A DNA stretch of 64,000 nucleotides, taken from the NCBI RefSeq assembly GCF_009914755.1, contig NC_060931.1; one strand, written 5' to 3'. The notes under the pieces were generated by a model that was given only the letters and a program-made list of their open reading frames with translations, was not told where the DNA came from and did not search any database. The position numbers were made by a program, and so were the translations under genes. Origin of the DNA: the human T2T-CHM13v2.0 reference genome, Homo sapiens. Below, piece after piece: positions 39,313-52,293 of the stretch. How positions within the stretch are numbered: position 1 is the first letter of the stretch; each line of letters starts with the position of its first letter.

Positions 39313-40229
39313 AGTGGAGCCATAATTAGATTCCAGTGCAATTTATTTGGCAAGGATGCTTATAGGCCTGTGGTGAATTGCTTATTGTATAACTTTAAGA
39401 GGCATATATTGTCTAGGTGTCCTGTTTTTGGTGATACTAAGATTGATCAGTAGATCCTCATGTGATCAGCTTGACCCATCCATGAAAGTTAAGAAGGATC
39501 ACTTCTTAGAGTTCACTAGAGCAAAATGGTTAAGAAAGGGGGCTCTAGAGCCCAATAGTATGGATTTGAATCTTGACTTTACACAGCAAAGCAACCCTGG
39601 ATAGTTACTTAACTGTTCTATGTTTCAAGTCTCTATCTGTAAACTGGAGATAATAGTAGTACCCATTTCACTGGTCATGCAGATTTTTTTTAGAACAATG
39701 CCTGACACAAAGAAAGCTCTCAGACAGAAATAACACTTCTTTTCTTCTTCTTTAGTCTTTTCCCTCCTCATCAGAGAAAGCATCCTTACAAAGATATCAT
39801 TTGAGTTAAGTCCTGCAGAATGAGTTGGACAGTGTTCTAGGTGATATTAATTACTTAATTATAAGCAGAAAATGGGAATTCACTCCATATTTTTGGAGAG
39901 TGGCAAAGAATTAGACTTGACTGTAAAGTTGCATGTTTTCAGGAGGATGGGGGAAAATCCAGCTGATGGAAGGCTTTGGATATAGGAAGTCTGTAGTATT
40001 TGGGGAACAGTGAAAATTTTTAAGGGAAGAGAATGTCATGAACAAAGTAGCATTCAAGAAGTTTCATGCAGCACACCTGTGCAGCAGGATACATTTGAAG
40101 GAAAAAAGTCTGAAGGTTAAGAGTGCATTTAAATAGTTTACACAAAAGGTAATAAAGGCCTAAACCAGAGTGATGGCATTAGGAATGGAAGAACTTGTGG
40201 GTGGATGTGAGATTGTGATAGTGTGAATA

Positions 40230-40475
40230 ATACATGAGCATGGGTGCCAAAGGCAGGGGGTGTCTCTGCTTTGAGTTTTGCTGCTTACTAGCTATGTGGC
40301 CTTTATCAAGTTACTTAACCACCTGAACCTCTGAGCCTCAGTTTCCTTATAAGTGTAATGGGAATAATTACACCTGTTTGGCAGGTTAGTTGCAAGGATT
40401 AAATAGGTGTGTCAAGTGCCTGGTACTGTGCTCAGCTTATAGTTATCCCTCAATAAATGCTAGTTATTATTATTA
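40230..40475 (+). mobile_element. MIR
   Basis: caagttacttaacc..ctctgagcctcagtttcctt..ctcaataaatgctagttattatt. Confidence 0.7.
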
Positions 40476-41679
40476 CTAGGTAGTTGACTGGGCATATGAT
40501 TGAAGGAGAGGAAGGTAGTAGAAATGATTTTTTGGCTTCAAGACTAGGATAATTGGTGATATAGAAATAAGAAAGTTGCCAGGGAGAATTGGTTTAAGGA
40601 GGAGATTTTATATTCTGTTTTAGATACGTTGAGTTTGAAACCCCGACAGGCTATGGGGGGGGGAAATGTGTTGGATGCCGGGGTAAATTATGCATAAGCC
40701 ACACTTGACTAGACTCATAGATTTACTTTTGGTGCAGATTATGGTTTCAATAATGGTTTGTGCTCCGTTTTTCAGTATCTTTGGGGTTTCTGACAAAGCA
40801 GATGTCTTACCTTGACATCAGTTCAGATTAGACTCTGACTTTGCAGTCAATGGTCTGGGGCCTGGCGGCTTCATCCACAGCTGAAGGTAGGGAGGTTTTT
40901 TTCCCCCTCATGGCTTTTCCTCATTCAGATTCTGCTGACATTTGAAGAAAGCAGTTTGTTTTGCTTTTTAGCCATTTCAAAGTTTATCTTTTTCTCTCTG
41001 TGCACAGGCTGATGCTGAAATTGGGGTATTAATGGGTGCTATTTAAAGAAGCTCATTTATGGGCAATTAAATAACATGCCTGTCAGCCCAGATTTGATAG
41101 GGAATAGGGGAACATTTTTAAATTTTTATTTTAAGTACAATGAAGTTTAATTATATTTCCTTTCTTTCAACTCTTTTGTTAGATTATCCAGAAAGCAGAT
41201 TTCTTCTTTTAAAAAAAAAATCTATATATTTATTTTGCTTCCTCCCCTCTCTCTTGGGAGTGGTGGGCTGAGATGGGCAGCCAGTATATTTAATTTATAT
41301 TCTGTTTTGTTGATTTCACATGATTTTAAGGGAGTTTTATATCAATGGTTTTACACGTTCCAAGCGTTACAGAGAGAATAATCCAGCTGATGCTAAAACT
41401 AGACCCTCTGTAGGTAGTAACTGACATCTCAAACATTTCATGTCCCAGAACAGCAAAAAGATTGACAGTAGTAGCTGCTAACTTATGTGTTTATAGGCCG
41501 GAAGTTGTCCAGATCTGTCACGTATTCTGGAACCCAAAGTAAATATCATTTCACGCACGCTATTTATAGAGAACAACTTGTGAGGCAGAGGGACGTGGGG
41601 ACATAGGGACTCTCTCATTCTATTCTTTCTTCTGGAGTAGCTGTCAGGAGCTCTATGTAATCTGTTTTCTCTCCTTTTT

Positions 41680-41791
41680 CTTTATTATTATTATACTTTA
41701 AGTTTTAGGGTACATGTGCACAATGTGCAGGTTAGTTACATATGTATACATGTGCCATGCTGGTATGCTGCACCCATTAACTCGTCATTTA
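41680..41791 (-). mobile_element. Heavily 5'-truncated young L1PA 3' end (~110 bp)
   Basis: ttattatactttaagttttagggtacatgtgcacaatgtgcaggttagttacatatg; TSD ctctccttttt (41669-41679, 41792-41802). Confidence 0.9.
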
Positions 41792-43502
41792 CTCTCCTTT
41801 TTTTTTAAATGTAAATAGATTTGAGTACCTTGTATGTAATTGAGTCTCATTATATATATTTGTTTATAATTGTATATGCAAATACATAATGGCTGATGGC
41901 ACAAAAAGAACTAGTAATTTGGTTGCCTAGTAAAGATAATGTTACACAGTATATGGAAGAACAGTATATGGCATAAAGTATTTAAATTGGAGTGTTGGAT
42001 GGAAGCAAATAAATGAAAAAAGAGCAGAAAAATGGAAGAAGTGACTGGACCATGAAAGAATGTCAGTGCTTATGAGAATTAGGGGTAGAAATCATTGAAA
42101 AAATGGCTGGTGGTAGAAGGTCAGAGAAGGATGCCCATTAGTGGTACCCAGAGCTTTGCCTGATGGTGGTACAGTCTGGACTTCAGCATAAACATAGCAG
42201 CCAGTCAGAGGCAGAACTTTTTCCCCAGTGCCCACAGAACTCAGCTGACTAACGTGGGCTCCTGTGAATATTAGGAACAGAAATTGATATCTCGCGGAGA
42301 CCTGAGGCTAGGATAAGAGAGTGAAAATAGAAAAATTTCATGTTCTAACAGGAGAAAAAGTGAGCTATGAAGACAGGCTTCCTCCACTTCCATTTCTCTT
42401 GGTCAATAGAATGAGGGGATAAACTGCAGAACTATCCTCTGGTTAATGAAAAATTCTGCAGAACAGACCAAAATGATTAGCTTAGTTATGTGAGAGAAGC
42501 CTCCAGGCGATACATTTTTCATTAAGTCATTTCCCATCCTGAACTGGAGAGGGAACAAATTGTGTGGAGAAAATCTGAGAAATTAGAAGGTACTTGAAGT
42601 ATTCACAAGTAGTAGCTTGTTCCACCTGAGTGCATAGAAGTGTAGAGTACAGTGGTTGGGATTTGATAAGAAGGGAAGTTGTGGTTTTGGGATTTCTATA
42701 CTTTATTTCAGGGAGCGAGAAAGAATAGGTACCAAACTGGAGCTTTACTGCAGCCTTTAGCTGTTATTTTAGGTGAGGTTATTAGGTTATTTAGGTTATT
42801 TTAGGTGAGGCCTTCCCATGGAGGGCAGACGTGGCGTTTTGGCTAATAAGTGTTCTTGAATTAATGAATTCAAGTGGGGTTAGGTTTAGCTGGGCTTTTT
42901 CCTAAACCCACTTGCAGGGAAGAAAAATGGTAGTAATCACTATAGTGATAAATCATAAATTGAGGTGACGTAAGTGTGGCATTTGCCAGTACATATGGTG
43001 GAACAGTGGACAGCACTTTCTTGATTGCGTTTTTGTCATTTGAGAATGTCTGTAGAGAACAGAAGAGAAGCAGAGTATTGAGGGGGAAAATGCCATGTTG
43101 AGAAGCAGGAGACTTCAGTTCTAGGCCTAAGCCTTTTAGTAACTTCTGTCCAAGTGGGCAAATCACCAGGCCAGATGCTTTTACAGACTAGGTCAATTAG
43201 TTATTTTCTGGGAGCTCTAAGGAGATGACAGCATCCTGCTTAAGTGAACATACCAGAATCACTTGGCACTTAGAGACCTGAGCTTATAGAATTACATGTG
43301 CTCTGTGTGTGTGCCCAAATGAGAATTATTGCTGTATTGAACTTTGTTACTAATGGGATATTGTCATATATTTGTTTCAGGGGTTTCAGGGTGTGTAGAG
43401 AGGTTGACAAGCATTGGACTAGATAATTTCTAAGGACTCTTCCAATCTGAAAAACTAAGATTTCCAGGAAATGGAAATTGGGCTTAGATGCCTTTTACAA
43501 AG

Positions 43503-43534
<32 letters not shown>

Positions 43535-44015
43535 GGGCCTGGCTGCTTCTAGGGCTTTCAAACTTTCACAGAAAATAAAAATAATTATAGTAAAAACAGG
43601 GATTTTAGACCTGAAAATTGCTGTAAATATTTGGAAGCCATGGTTAAACAGTGGGTAAATTCATATCTCTGGGGTGAATCACAATCTCATGTAATGAGGT
43701 AAAACATATTTTGGCAAAAGGCTGCTGGGAGGATTGACTTTATTGAGACACAAGATGCTGCAGCCCTGTTTGTGTTGGTTCATTCCTCATTCCTTGGAAT
43801 AGCTATTTTGTCAATTTAAATGCTGAATTAAACAATGAACTTGCTAACTATGAACTTGACTTCCTCCCTTCTTTCCTTAATGCTTCCCCACTTCTTGGAA
43901 CAAAAATGCTCTTGGCTTGCTTTCTATTAATATTAAATATGTTGATCGTTGCCTTGTTAAATATACCACTAACTAAAGAAATTCATTCAGAGGAGCCATT
44001 TGTAAACCAAAAATA

Positions 44016-44594
44016 TATCAATAAATTTTCAGTGCCACCAAAGAAATAGCACTGGAACATACATTTAATTTTCTCAGCAAGGCAATTTTTACTTCTATAG
44101 AAGGGTGTGATTCATGGATGGAGCAATGGTGAGAGCACACCTGAACAAGGAAGGAGAAGGGATTCTTATTCCTGATGCAGGTAGCCCCTACTGCTGTGTC
44201 ATTCCCTTGTTGTCTAGGGTTGGACCACACAGTCTAAGCTAATTCCGATCTGCTATTTTAAAGAGAGCAGGGGTACCAGCCAGAGTGGCAGGGTGAGTAG
44301 TTTGGCAGGAAGGGCAGTTACAGAACAGGTAACTCAGGATGAGTCAGGATGGAGCAGGTGACCAGGGGTGACTCAGGTCAAAGCAGATGACCAGGGGAAC
44401 AGATTTGAACTACTGATTAGAACTGGTGGGATACTAGATACTAGATACTGGATACTAGATACTGATACTAGAGACAAGGGGGCGAAGAGTACCAGGAAGT
44501 TAAACCTTAAAATGGAGAATCAAAGAATAAGAGAGCTGAACATACTGACATAGTGATTCTTTGAAGACAAACTTGGAGTTCACTATATCTAACA
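44016..44594 (-). mobile_element. LTR10-family (HERV-I) solo LTR
   Basis: - strand begins tgttagatatagtgaactccaagtttgtcttcaaagaatcactatgtcagtatgttcag; flanked by duplicated aaaata. Confidence 0.7.
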
Positions 44595-44608
44595 AAAAAT
44601 AAAATTCA

Positions 44609-44946
<338 letters not shown>

Positions 44947-45278
44947 CTAAGTGGACTCCCTCCTCAGCCAGGGCACTCTAAAATTTAACCTGAAAGACTG
45001 GTTTGGGCCATGAAAGGAAGAGTAGCGGTGAGAGGGACAGGCCTCATTCTGTCTTTCCAGGGTTAACTTCAGCACCAACCTTAAGGCTGATAAGAAACAT
45101 TTACAATCCATTTTCTCTGAAGCTTGCTACCTGGAGATTTCATCTGCATGATAAAACCTTGGTCTTCACAATCCCTTATCTTAATTCAGACATTGCTTTC
45201 TACAGATAATAACTTTCAACCAATTGCCACTCAGACTATGTTTAAATCTACCTATGACCTAGAACCACCCCCCAGTTC

Positions 45279-46326
<1,048 letters not shown>

Positions 46327-46489
46327 TTCCTGCCTTCTTATATTAATAAGAAAAATAACATAAAATAGTATCGAAGTGTTGGGGCAGCAAAACTTTTTTG
46401 GGGGGTGGCATGGAGAGATAATGGGCGATGTTTCTCAGGGCTGCTTCCAGCAGGAGTAGGGGCAGTGTGGGAACCTAGAGTGGGAGAGG

Positions 46490-46852
46490 TCAAGTTGAGG
46501 GAGGATTTTGTAGTAAGGGGTGACATTGTGGGGTTGTTAGAAGGAGCATTTGTCGTATAGAATGATTGGTGATGGCCTGGATGCAGTTTTGTATGAATTG
46601 AAAAACTAAACAGAAGACACAAGGTCCGAATAAGAGAAGAAAAACAGCTATTAAAGGACTAAGAATTGGGAAAGTCCAGGACATCCAATTAGAGAGTGCC
46701 CAAGGAGGGTCAGCATAGCCCTGCCAGCAAAGATTATTTATGTACTTTAAGAGGGAGTTAAGAGTGGCAGTTTGGGGATAGCACCAGGAGATATCAGCTA
46801 TGATGGCTTGGAGAAACAGTGTAAACCGGCAGTGTAAACAAGAGCAGGGCAT
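46490..46852 (-). pseudogene. HERV-H env remnant (TM C-terminus only)
   Basis: WMSWTFPILSPLIAVFLLLFGPCVFCLVFQFIQNCIQAITN, gamma-type TM anchor/cytoplasmic tail; no SU. Confidence 0.8.
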
Positions 46853-47284
46853 TTATGAGTAGTTGAGAATGGTGAATAGGAGTATGACTAGACAGAAGAT
46901 AGTAGGGATGACAAGTTTTTGGGGCACAGTCCAAGTTGGGCTGGTGTCTGGAATGAGACTGGGGCCTAATAAAAAGGAGCATTCATACAGGAGCTCAAAT
47001 GGGCTGTACCCTGTAGCATTCCAAGGACAGGCCCGAATTCTGAGAAGGCAAAGTGGTAAAAGTATTGTCCAGTCCTTTTTAAGTTGGTGGCTGAGCTTGG
47101 TGAGGTGTGTTTTTAAAAGACCATTAGTCCGTTCTACCTTTTCTGAAGATTGAGGAAGGTAAGGGGTATGAGGGTTTCACTGAATAACAAGAGCCTGAGA
47201 AACTGCTTGGGTGATTTGACTAGTAAAGGCCGGTCTGTTATTGGACTGTATAGAGGTGGGAAGGCCAAACCGAGGAATTAAGTC

Positions 47285-49320
47285 TTACAGAAGGGAAGAA
47301 ATGATCGCGGTGGCCTTCTCAGTCCCTGTGGGAAAGGCCTCTACCCATCTAGTGAAAGTGTCTACCCAGACCAAGAGGTATTTTGGTTTATTGACTCGAG
47401 GCATGTGAGTAAGGTTAATTTGCCAGTCCTGGGCAGGTGCAAATCCCCGAGCTTGATGAGTAGGGAAGGGAGGGGGCCTGAACAATCCCTGAGGAGTAGT
47501 AGAATAGCAGATGGAACACTGAAAATTGATTTCCTTGAGGATAGATTTCCATGATGGAAAGGAAATGAGAGGTTCTAAGAGACGGGCTAGCGGCTTATAA
47601 CCTACATGGAAGAGGCTATGAAATGACGACAGAATAGAATGGGCCTGTCAGCCTGGAAGGAGATATTTTCCTTGGTCTAAGAACCATTTGCCTTGTGTGG
47701 GAAGAGATTAATAAGTGGAAGTTTCAGTAGGGGAGTAGGTGGGAGTGACCAATGAGAAGGAGAAAAACTGGCTGTGAGGGACAGAAGTTGGAATGCTAGT
47801 GGCTTTTTTAGCTACCTTATCAGCATAAGTGTTGCCCTAAGCAATGGGATCTGACGCCTTTTGACAGCCCTTGCAGTGAATGACTCCAGCTTCCTTCGGA
47901 AGTAAAGCAGACTTGAGAAGAGTTTTTATTAAAGAGGAGTTAATGATGGAGGACCCTTGCATAGTGAGGAAACCTCTTTTTGCCCATATAACAGCATGGT
48001 GGTGCAGGATATGGAAGGCATATTTAGAGTCAGTATAAATATTGATGCGTAGTCCTTTTGCAAGAGTGAGGGCCCGAGTTAAGGCAATGAGTTCGGCTTG
48101 CTGAGAGGTAGTGGAGTGGGGGCAGAGTGGTAGCTTCAATGATAGATGTGGAAGATACTATAGCATAGCCTGCCTTTGCTGGTGAGTGGCAATTAGGCCT
48201 GGTAGAACTGCCATCAATAAACCAAATGTGATCAGGGTGAGGAACAGGAAAGAAGGAAATATGGGGAAATTGGGTGAATGTCAGGTGGATCAGAGAGATA
48301 CAGTCATGGGGGTCAGGTGTGGTATCTGGAATAATGTGGGAGCCTGGAATGAAGTCCGGACCGGGAACAATGGTAATTGTGGGAGACTCAACAAAGAGTG
48401 AGTATAGCTGAAGAAGCCAGGGAGCAGAAGGTATATGTGTCAGGTGTGAGGAAGAAAATAGATTTTGGAAGTTATGAGAGCTGTAGAGAGTGAGTTGAGC
48501 ATAGTTTGTGATTTTGAGGGCCTCTAAAAGTATTAAGGCAGCAGCAGCCACTGCACGCAGACCATGAGGGCTAGGCTAAAACAGTAAGGTCAAGTTGTTT
48601 GGATAAAAAGGCCACAGGGCGTGATCCTGGTCCTTGTGTAAGAATTTCGACCGCACAGCCCTGCACTTCAGCTGTATGTAATGAAAAGGGAGTGAGTGAT
48701 GAGTTAGGGAGAGCTAGTGTGGGAGCAGCTTCTAAAGCTGTCTTCAAGGAATGGAAAGAGGAGTGGGGAAAGGATTTAGGATCTATGGAGTCAGCTAGGT
48801 TTCCTTTTATGAGTGTATATAATGGTTTTGTTAGGATGGCAAAACCAGGTATCCAAAGGCGAAAGTGTCCAACCATGGCCAGGAAGGAAAGGAGTTGTTT
48901 TGTAGAAGGGGTTGGGGTTTGAGAGATCAGTCGGACACGATCGGCAGGGAGAGCACGTGTGTTTTTATGAAGAATTATGCCGATATACGTAACAGATGAA
49001 GAAATTTGGGCTTGACTGAAGTAATGGGGGCTGTCTGTGAAGTCTTGCGGCAGTACAGCCCAGGTAATTTGCTGGGCCTGATGGGTGTCAGGGTCAGTCC
49101 AAGTGAAAGCAAAGAGAGGCTGGGATGAAGGGTGTAAAGGAATAGTAAAGAAAGCATGTTTGAGATCCAGAAGAGGATAATGGGTTGTGGAGGGAGGTAT
49201 TGAGGATAGGAGAGTATATGGGTTTGGCACCACAGGGTGGATAGGCAAAACAATTTGGTTGATAAGGCACAGATCCTGAACTAACCTATAATGCTTGTCT
49301 GGTTTTTGGACAGGTAAAAT
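47285..49320 (-). pseudogene. HERV-H pol remnant (RT, RNase H, partial integrase), frameshifted and deleted
   Basis: RT LLDLKHAFF / LPQDFTDSP with the YxDD region deleted; RNase H WFIDGSS, SQQAELIAL, NIYTDSKY; IN DWQINLTHM..WVEAFPT. Confidence 0.9.
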
Positions 49321-49509
49321 GGGGGAATTGTAAGGAGAGTTTATAGGCTTTAAAAGGCCATGCTGTAACAGGCAAGTAATAACAGGCTTTAATCCTTTTA
49401 AAGCTTGCTGTGGGATGGGATACTGGCATTGAGCGAGGTAAGGGTGATTAGGTTTTAATGGGATGGTAAGGGGTGCATGATCAGTTGCTAAGGAGGAAGT
49501 AGAGGTGTC

Positions 49510-49919
49510 CTATACTTGTGGATTAAGGTGGGGAGATACAAGGGGAGGATGTGAATGAGGCTTTGAACTGGGGAAAAGGGTGGCAATGAGGTGTGGCTGT
49601 AGCCTAGGAACAGTCAGGGAGGCAGATAATTTAGTTAAAATGCCTAGACCTAATAAGGGAGCTGGGCAGGTGGGGATAACTAAAAAGAGTGCATAAAAGA
49701 ATGTTGTCCAAGTTGGCACCAGAGTTGGGGAGTTTTAAGGGGTTTTGAAGCTTGGCTGTCAATACCCACAACAGTTATGGGGGCAAGGGAAACATGCCCT
49801 TGAAAAGAAGGTAATGTGGAGTGGGTAGCCTCCGTATTGATTAAGAAAGGGACGGACTTACCGTCCACTCTGAGAGTTACCCAAAGTGTCTGTGATGGTC
49901 CAAGAAGCTTCCGAGGCAA
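49510..49919 (-). pseudogene. HERV-H protease remnant
   Basis: VTLRVDGKSVPFLINTEATHSTL (catalytic DTGA mutated to NTEA); PTCPAPLLG in another frame. Confidence 0.85.
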
Positions 49920-49973
49920 CTGGACAGTGTCAGTCTTCAGCCGCTAAGTCAAGAAGATCTGGGAAGGAGTCAG

Positions 49974-51100
49974 TCAGAGCCTTGGGCCGGTTGGACAGTC
50001 CAATTTCCAGTGGGGTCCTGTACAGATGGGACATAGCTTAGGAGGAATCCCGGGCTGCGGACATTCCTTGGCCCAGTGACCAGATTTCTGGCACTTGAAG
50101 CAAGTTCCTGGGGGAGGTGGTCCTGGAGGAATGCCTGGCCGCTGCGGTTTAGGTGTTTGGAAGTTCTTGTGTGCTGGAGATGTGGCTGGGGTTTCTCTCA
50201 CAGTGGAGACAAGGAATTGCAATTCAGAAATACGTTGCTACTTGCCTGCCTCTACTCTATTATTGTACACCTTGAAGGCAAGGTTAATTAAGTTCTATTG
50301 TGGGGTTTGAGGGCCAGAATTTAATTTTTGGAGTTTTATTTAATGTTGGGAACCGATTGGGTAATATACTGTATATTGAGAATAAGACAGCCTTCTGACC
50401 TTTCAGGATCTAGGGCTGTAAAGCATCTAAGGGTTGTTGCCAAATGGGCCATGAACTGGACTGGGTTTTTTATATTTGATGAAAAAGAGCCTAAACGCTA
50501 ACCAATTTGAGAGAAGTTGGATAAATAAAAAGGAGCATTAACCTTGATTATGCCTTTAGCTCCAGCCACCTTTTTAAGAGGAAATTGCTGGGCAGATGGG
50601 GGAGAGCTAGCCATGGAACGAAACTGTAAGCCAGACCGGGTGTGAGGAGGGGAGGTGATAAAAGGATTATAGGGTAGGGGAGCGGAGGCTGAGGAAGAAT
50701 TGGGACCTGGCTCAGCCTGGTGAGGAGCAGCCTGGGGAGGAGGGGAGAGGTCAGATGGGTCCATAAAAAAGGAAGATTGGAAAGACTCAGCAATACTTGG
50801 GGTTGGGACTGAGGGGACAGGCAGGAGGGAAAGAAGGAAGATTTGGGACAAGTTGCATTGGGAACAGAGACTAGGAAGGGACCGATGTGTAAAAGAATGC
50901 CTGGACATCAGGCACCTCAGACCATTTGCCCATTTTACGACAAGAATTATCTAGATCTTGCGGGATGGAGAAATTGAAAGTGCCGTTTTCTGGCTTTTTG
51001 GAACCATTGTTGAGTTTGTATTGGGGTCAAGCAGTATTGCAGAAGAAAATAAGGCATTTAGGTTTTAGGTCAGGTGTGAGTTGAAGACGTTTTAAGTTCT
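49974..51100 (-). pseudogene. HERV-H gag remnant
   Basis: NC knuckles [14 protein letters not shown] and [13 protein letters not shown]; Pro-rich region and LKKVAGAKGIIKVNAPF; multiple stops and frameshifts. Confidence 0.85.
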
Positions 51101-51171
51101 TGAGAACACAGGCTAAGGGAGAAGAAGGAGGAATGGAGGGTGGAAAGTTGCCTATAGTGAAGGAGGCAAGC

Positions 51172-51425
51172 CTAGAGAAAAGAGATGGTAGAGACATGGA
51201 GAGAAGGGGTGGGGGTGCTTGCCCCCCAGGAAAGTGGAGAGGAGAGAGAGGGTAGAGACACGGAGAGAAGGGGTGGGGGGGTGCTTGCCTCCCAAGAAAG
51301 TGGAGAGAAAAGAGAGGGTAGAGACACGAAGAGAAGGGGTGGGCGGTGCTTGCCCCCCAGGAAAGTGGAGAGAAAAGAGAGGGTAGAGACATGGAGAGAA
51401 GGGGTGGGGGGTGCTTGCCCCCCAA
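51172..51425. repeat. ~59-bp tandem repeat (about 4 copies) in HERV-H leader
   Basis: gagaaaagagagggtagagacaYggagagaaggggtggggggtgcttgccccccaggaaagtg repeated. Confidence 0.9.
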
Positions 51426-51871
51426 AAAATGGTGGTTGCCACTAAGGGTGAAGGATCTAGGAAGGTGTCCCCATGGTTATCAGACACCTCTTAAACATGG
51501 GTGAATAATCAAGCAGGCATCCCCACAGTGATTAAACACCAAGGGAAGATTGTCTTCCTGCGTCCGTGACTGGTGCCGGAGTTTTGGGTTCACGGATAAA
51601 ACATGTCTCCTTTGTTTCTACCAGAAAAGGAAAGGAACTGAAATTAAGAGAAGGTAGAGACGGAAAGATGGCACCAAGATTGAAAGGAGAAAGAGGTTGA
51701 GGGATAGTGAGAGAGGTTGGAGAAGAGAGTAAAAAGAGGCCGCTTACCTGATTTAAAATTGGTGAGATGTTCCTTGGGCTGGTTGGTCTGAGGACCTGAG
51801 GTTGTAGGTGGATCTTTCTCATGGAGCAAAGAGCAGGAGGACGGGATTGATCTCCCAAGGGAGGTCCCTTG

Positions 51872-51889
51872 ATCTGAGTCATGGCACCA
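51872..51889 (-). other. Primer-binding site, tRNA-His
   Basis: TGGTGCCATGACTCAGAT vs tRNA-His complement TGGTGCCGTGACTCGGAT (two CpG-type changes), just after the 5' LTR. Confidence 0.9.
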
Positions 51890-51891
51890 AA

Positions 51892-52293
51892 TTTCACTCG
51901 TGTCCATGTGAAGAGACCACCAAACAGGCTTTGTGTGAGCAATAAAGCTTTTTAATCACCTGGGTGCAGGTGGGCCGAGTCCGAAAAGAGAGTCAGCGAA
52001 GGGAGATAAGGGTGGGGCCATTTTATAAGATTTGGGTAGGTAGTGGAAAATTATAGTCAAAGGGGGTTGTTCTCTGGCTGGCAGGGGTGAGGGTCACAAG
52101 GTGTTCAGTGGGGGAGCTTTTGAGCCAAGATGAGCCAGGAGAAGGAATTTCACAAGGTAATGTCATCAGTTAAGGCAGGGACCGGCCATTTTCACTTTTT
52201 TTGTGATTCTTCACTTGCTTCGGGCCATCTGGACGCATATACATGCAGGTCACAGGGGATACGATGGCTTAGCTTGGGCTCAGAAGCCTGACA
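51892..52293 (-). mobile_element. HERV-H 5' LTR (LTR7)
   Basis: - strand TGTCAGGCTTCTGAGCCCAAGCTAAG...GTGAAA; TATA-like CTTATAAAA and ATTAAA poly(A) signal. Confidence 0.93.

Noticed and set aside
47285-51100. HERV-H ORFs as functional Gag/Pro/Pol or a domesticated gene
   Set aside because: Protease DTG mutated to NTE, RT YxDD region deleted, integrase truncated, many frameshifts and stops.
51172-51425. Regularly spaced repeats resembling a CRISPR array
   Set aside because: Head-to-tail units with no unique spacers, inside a retroviral leader in primate DNA.
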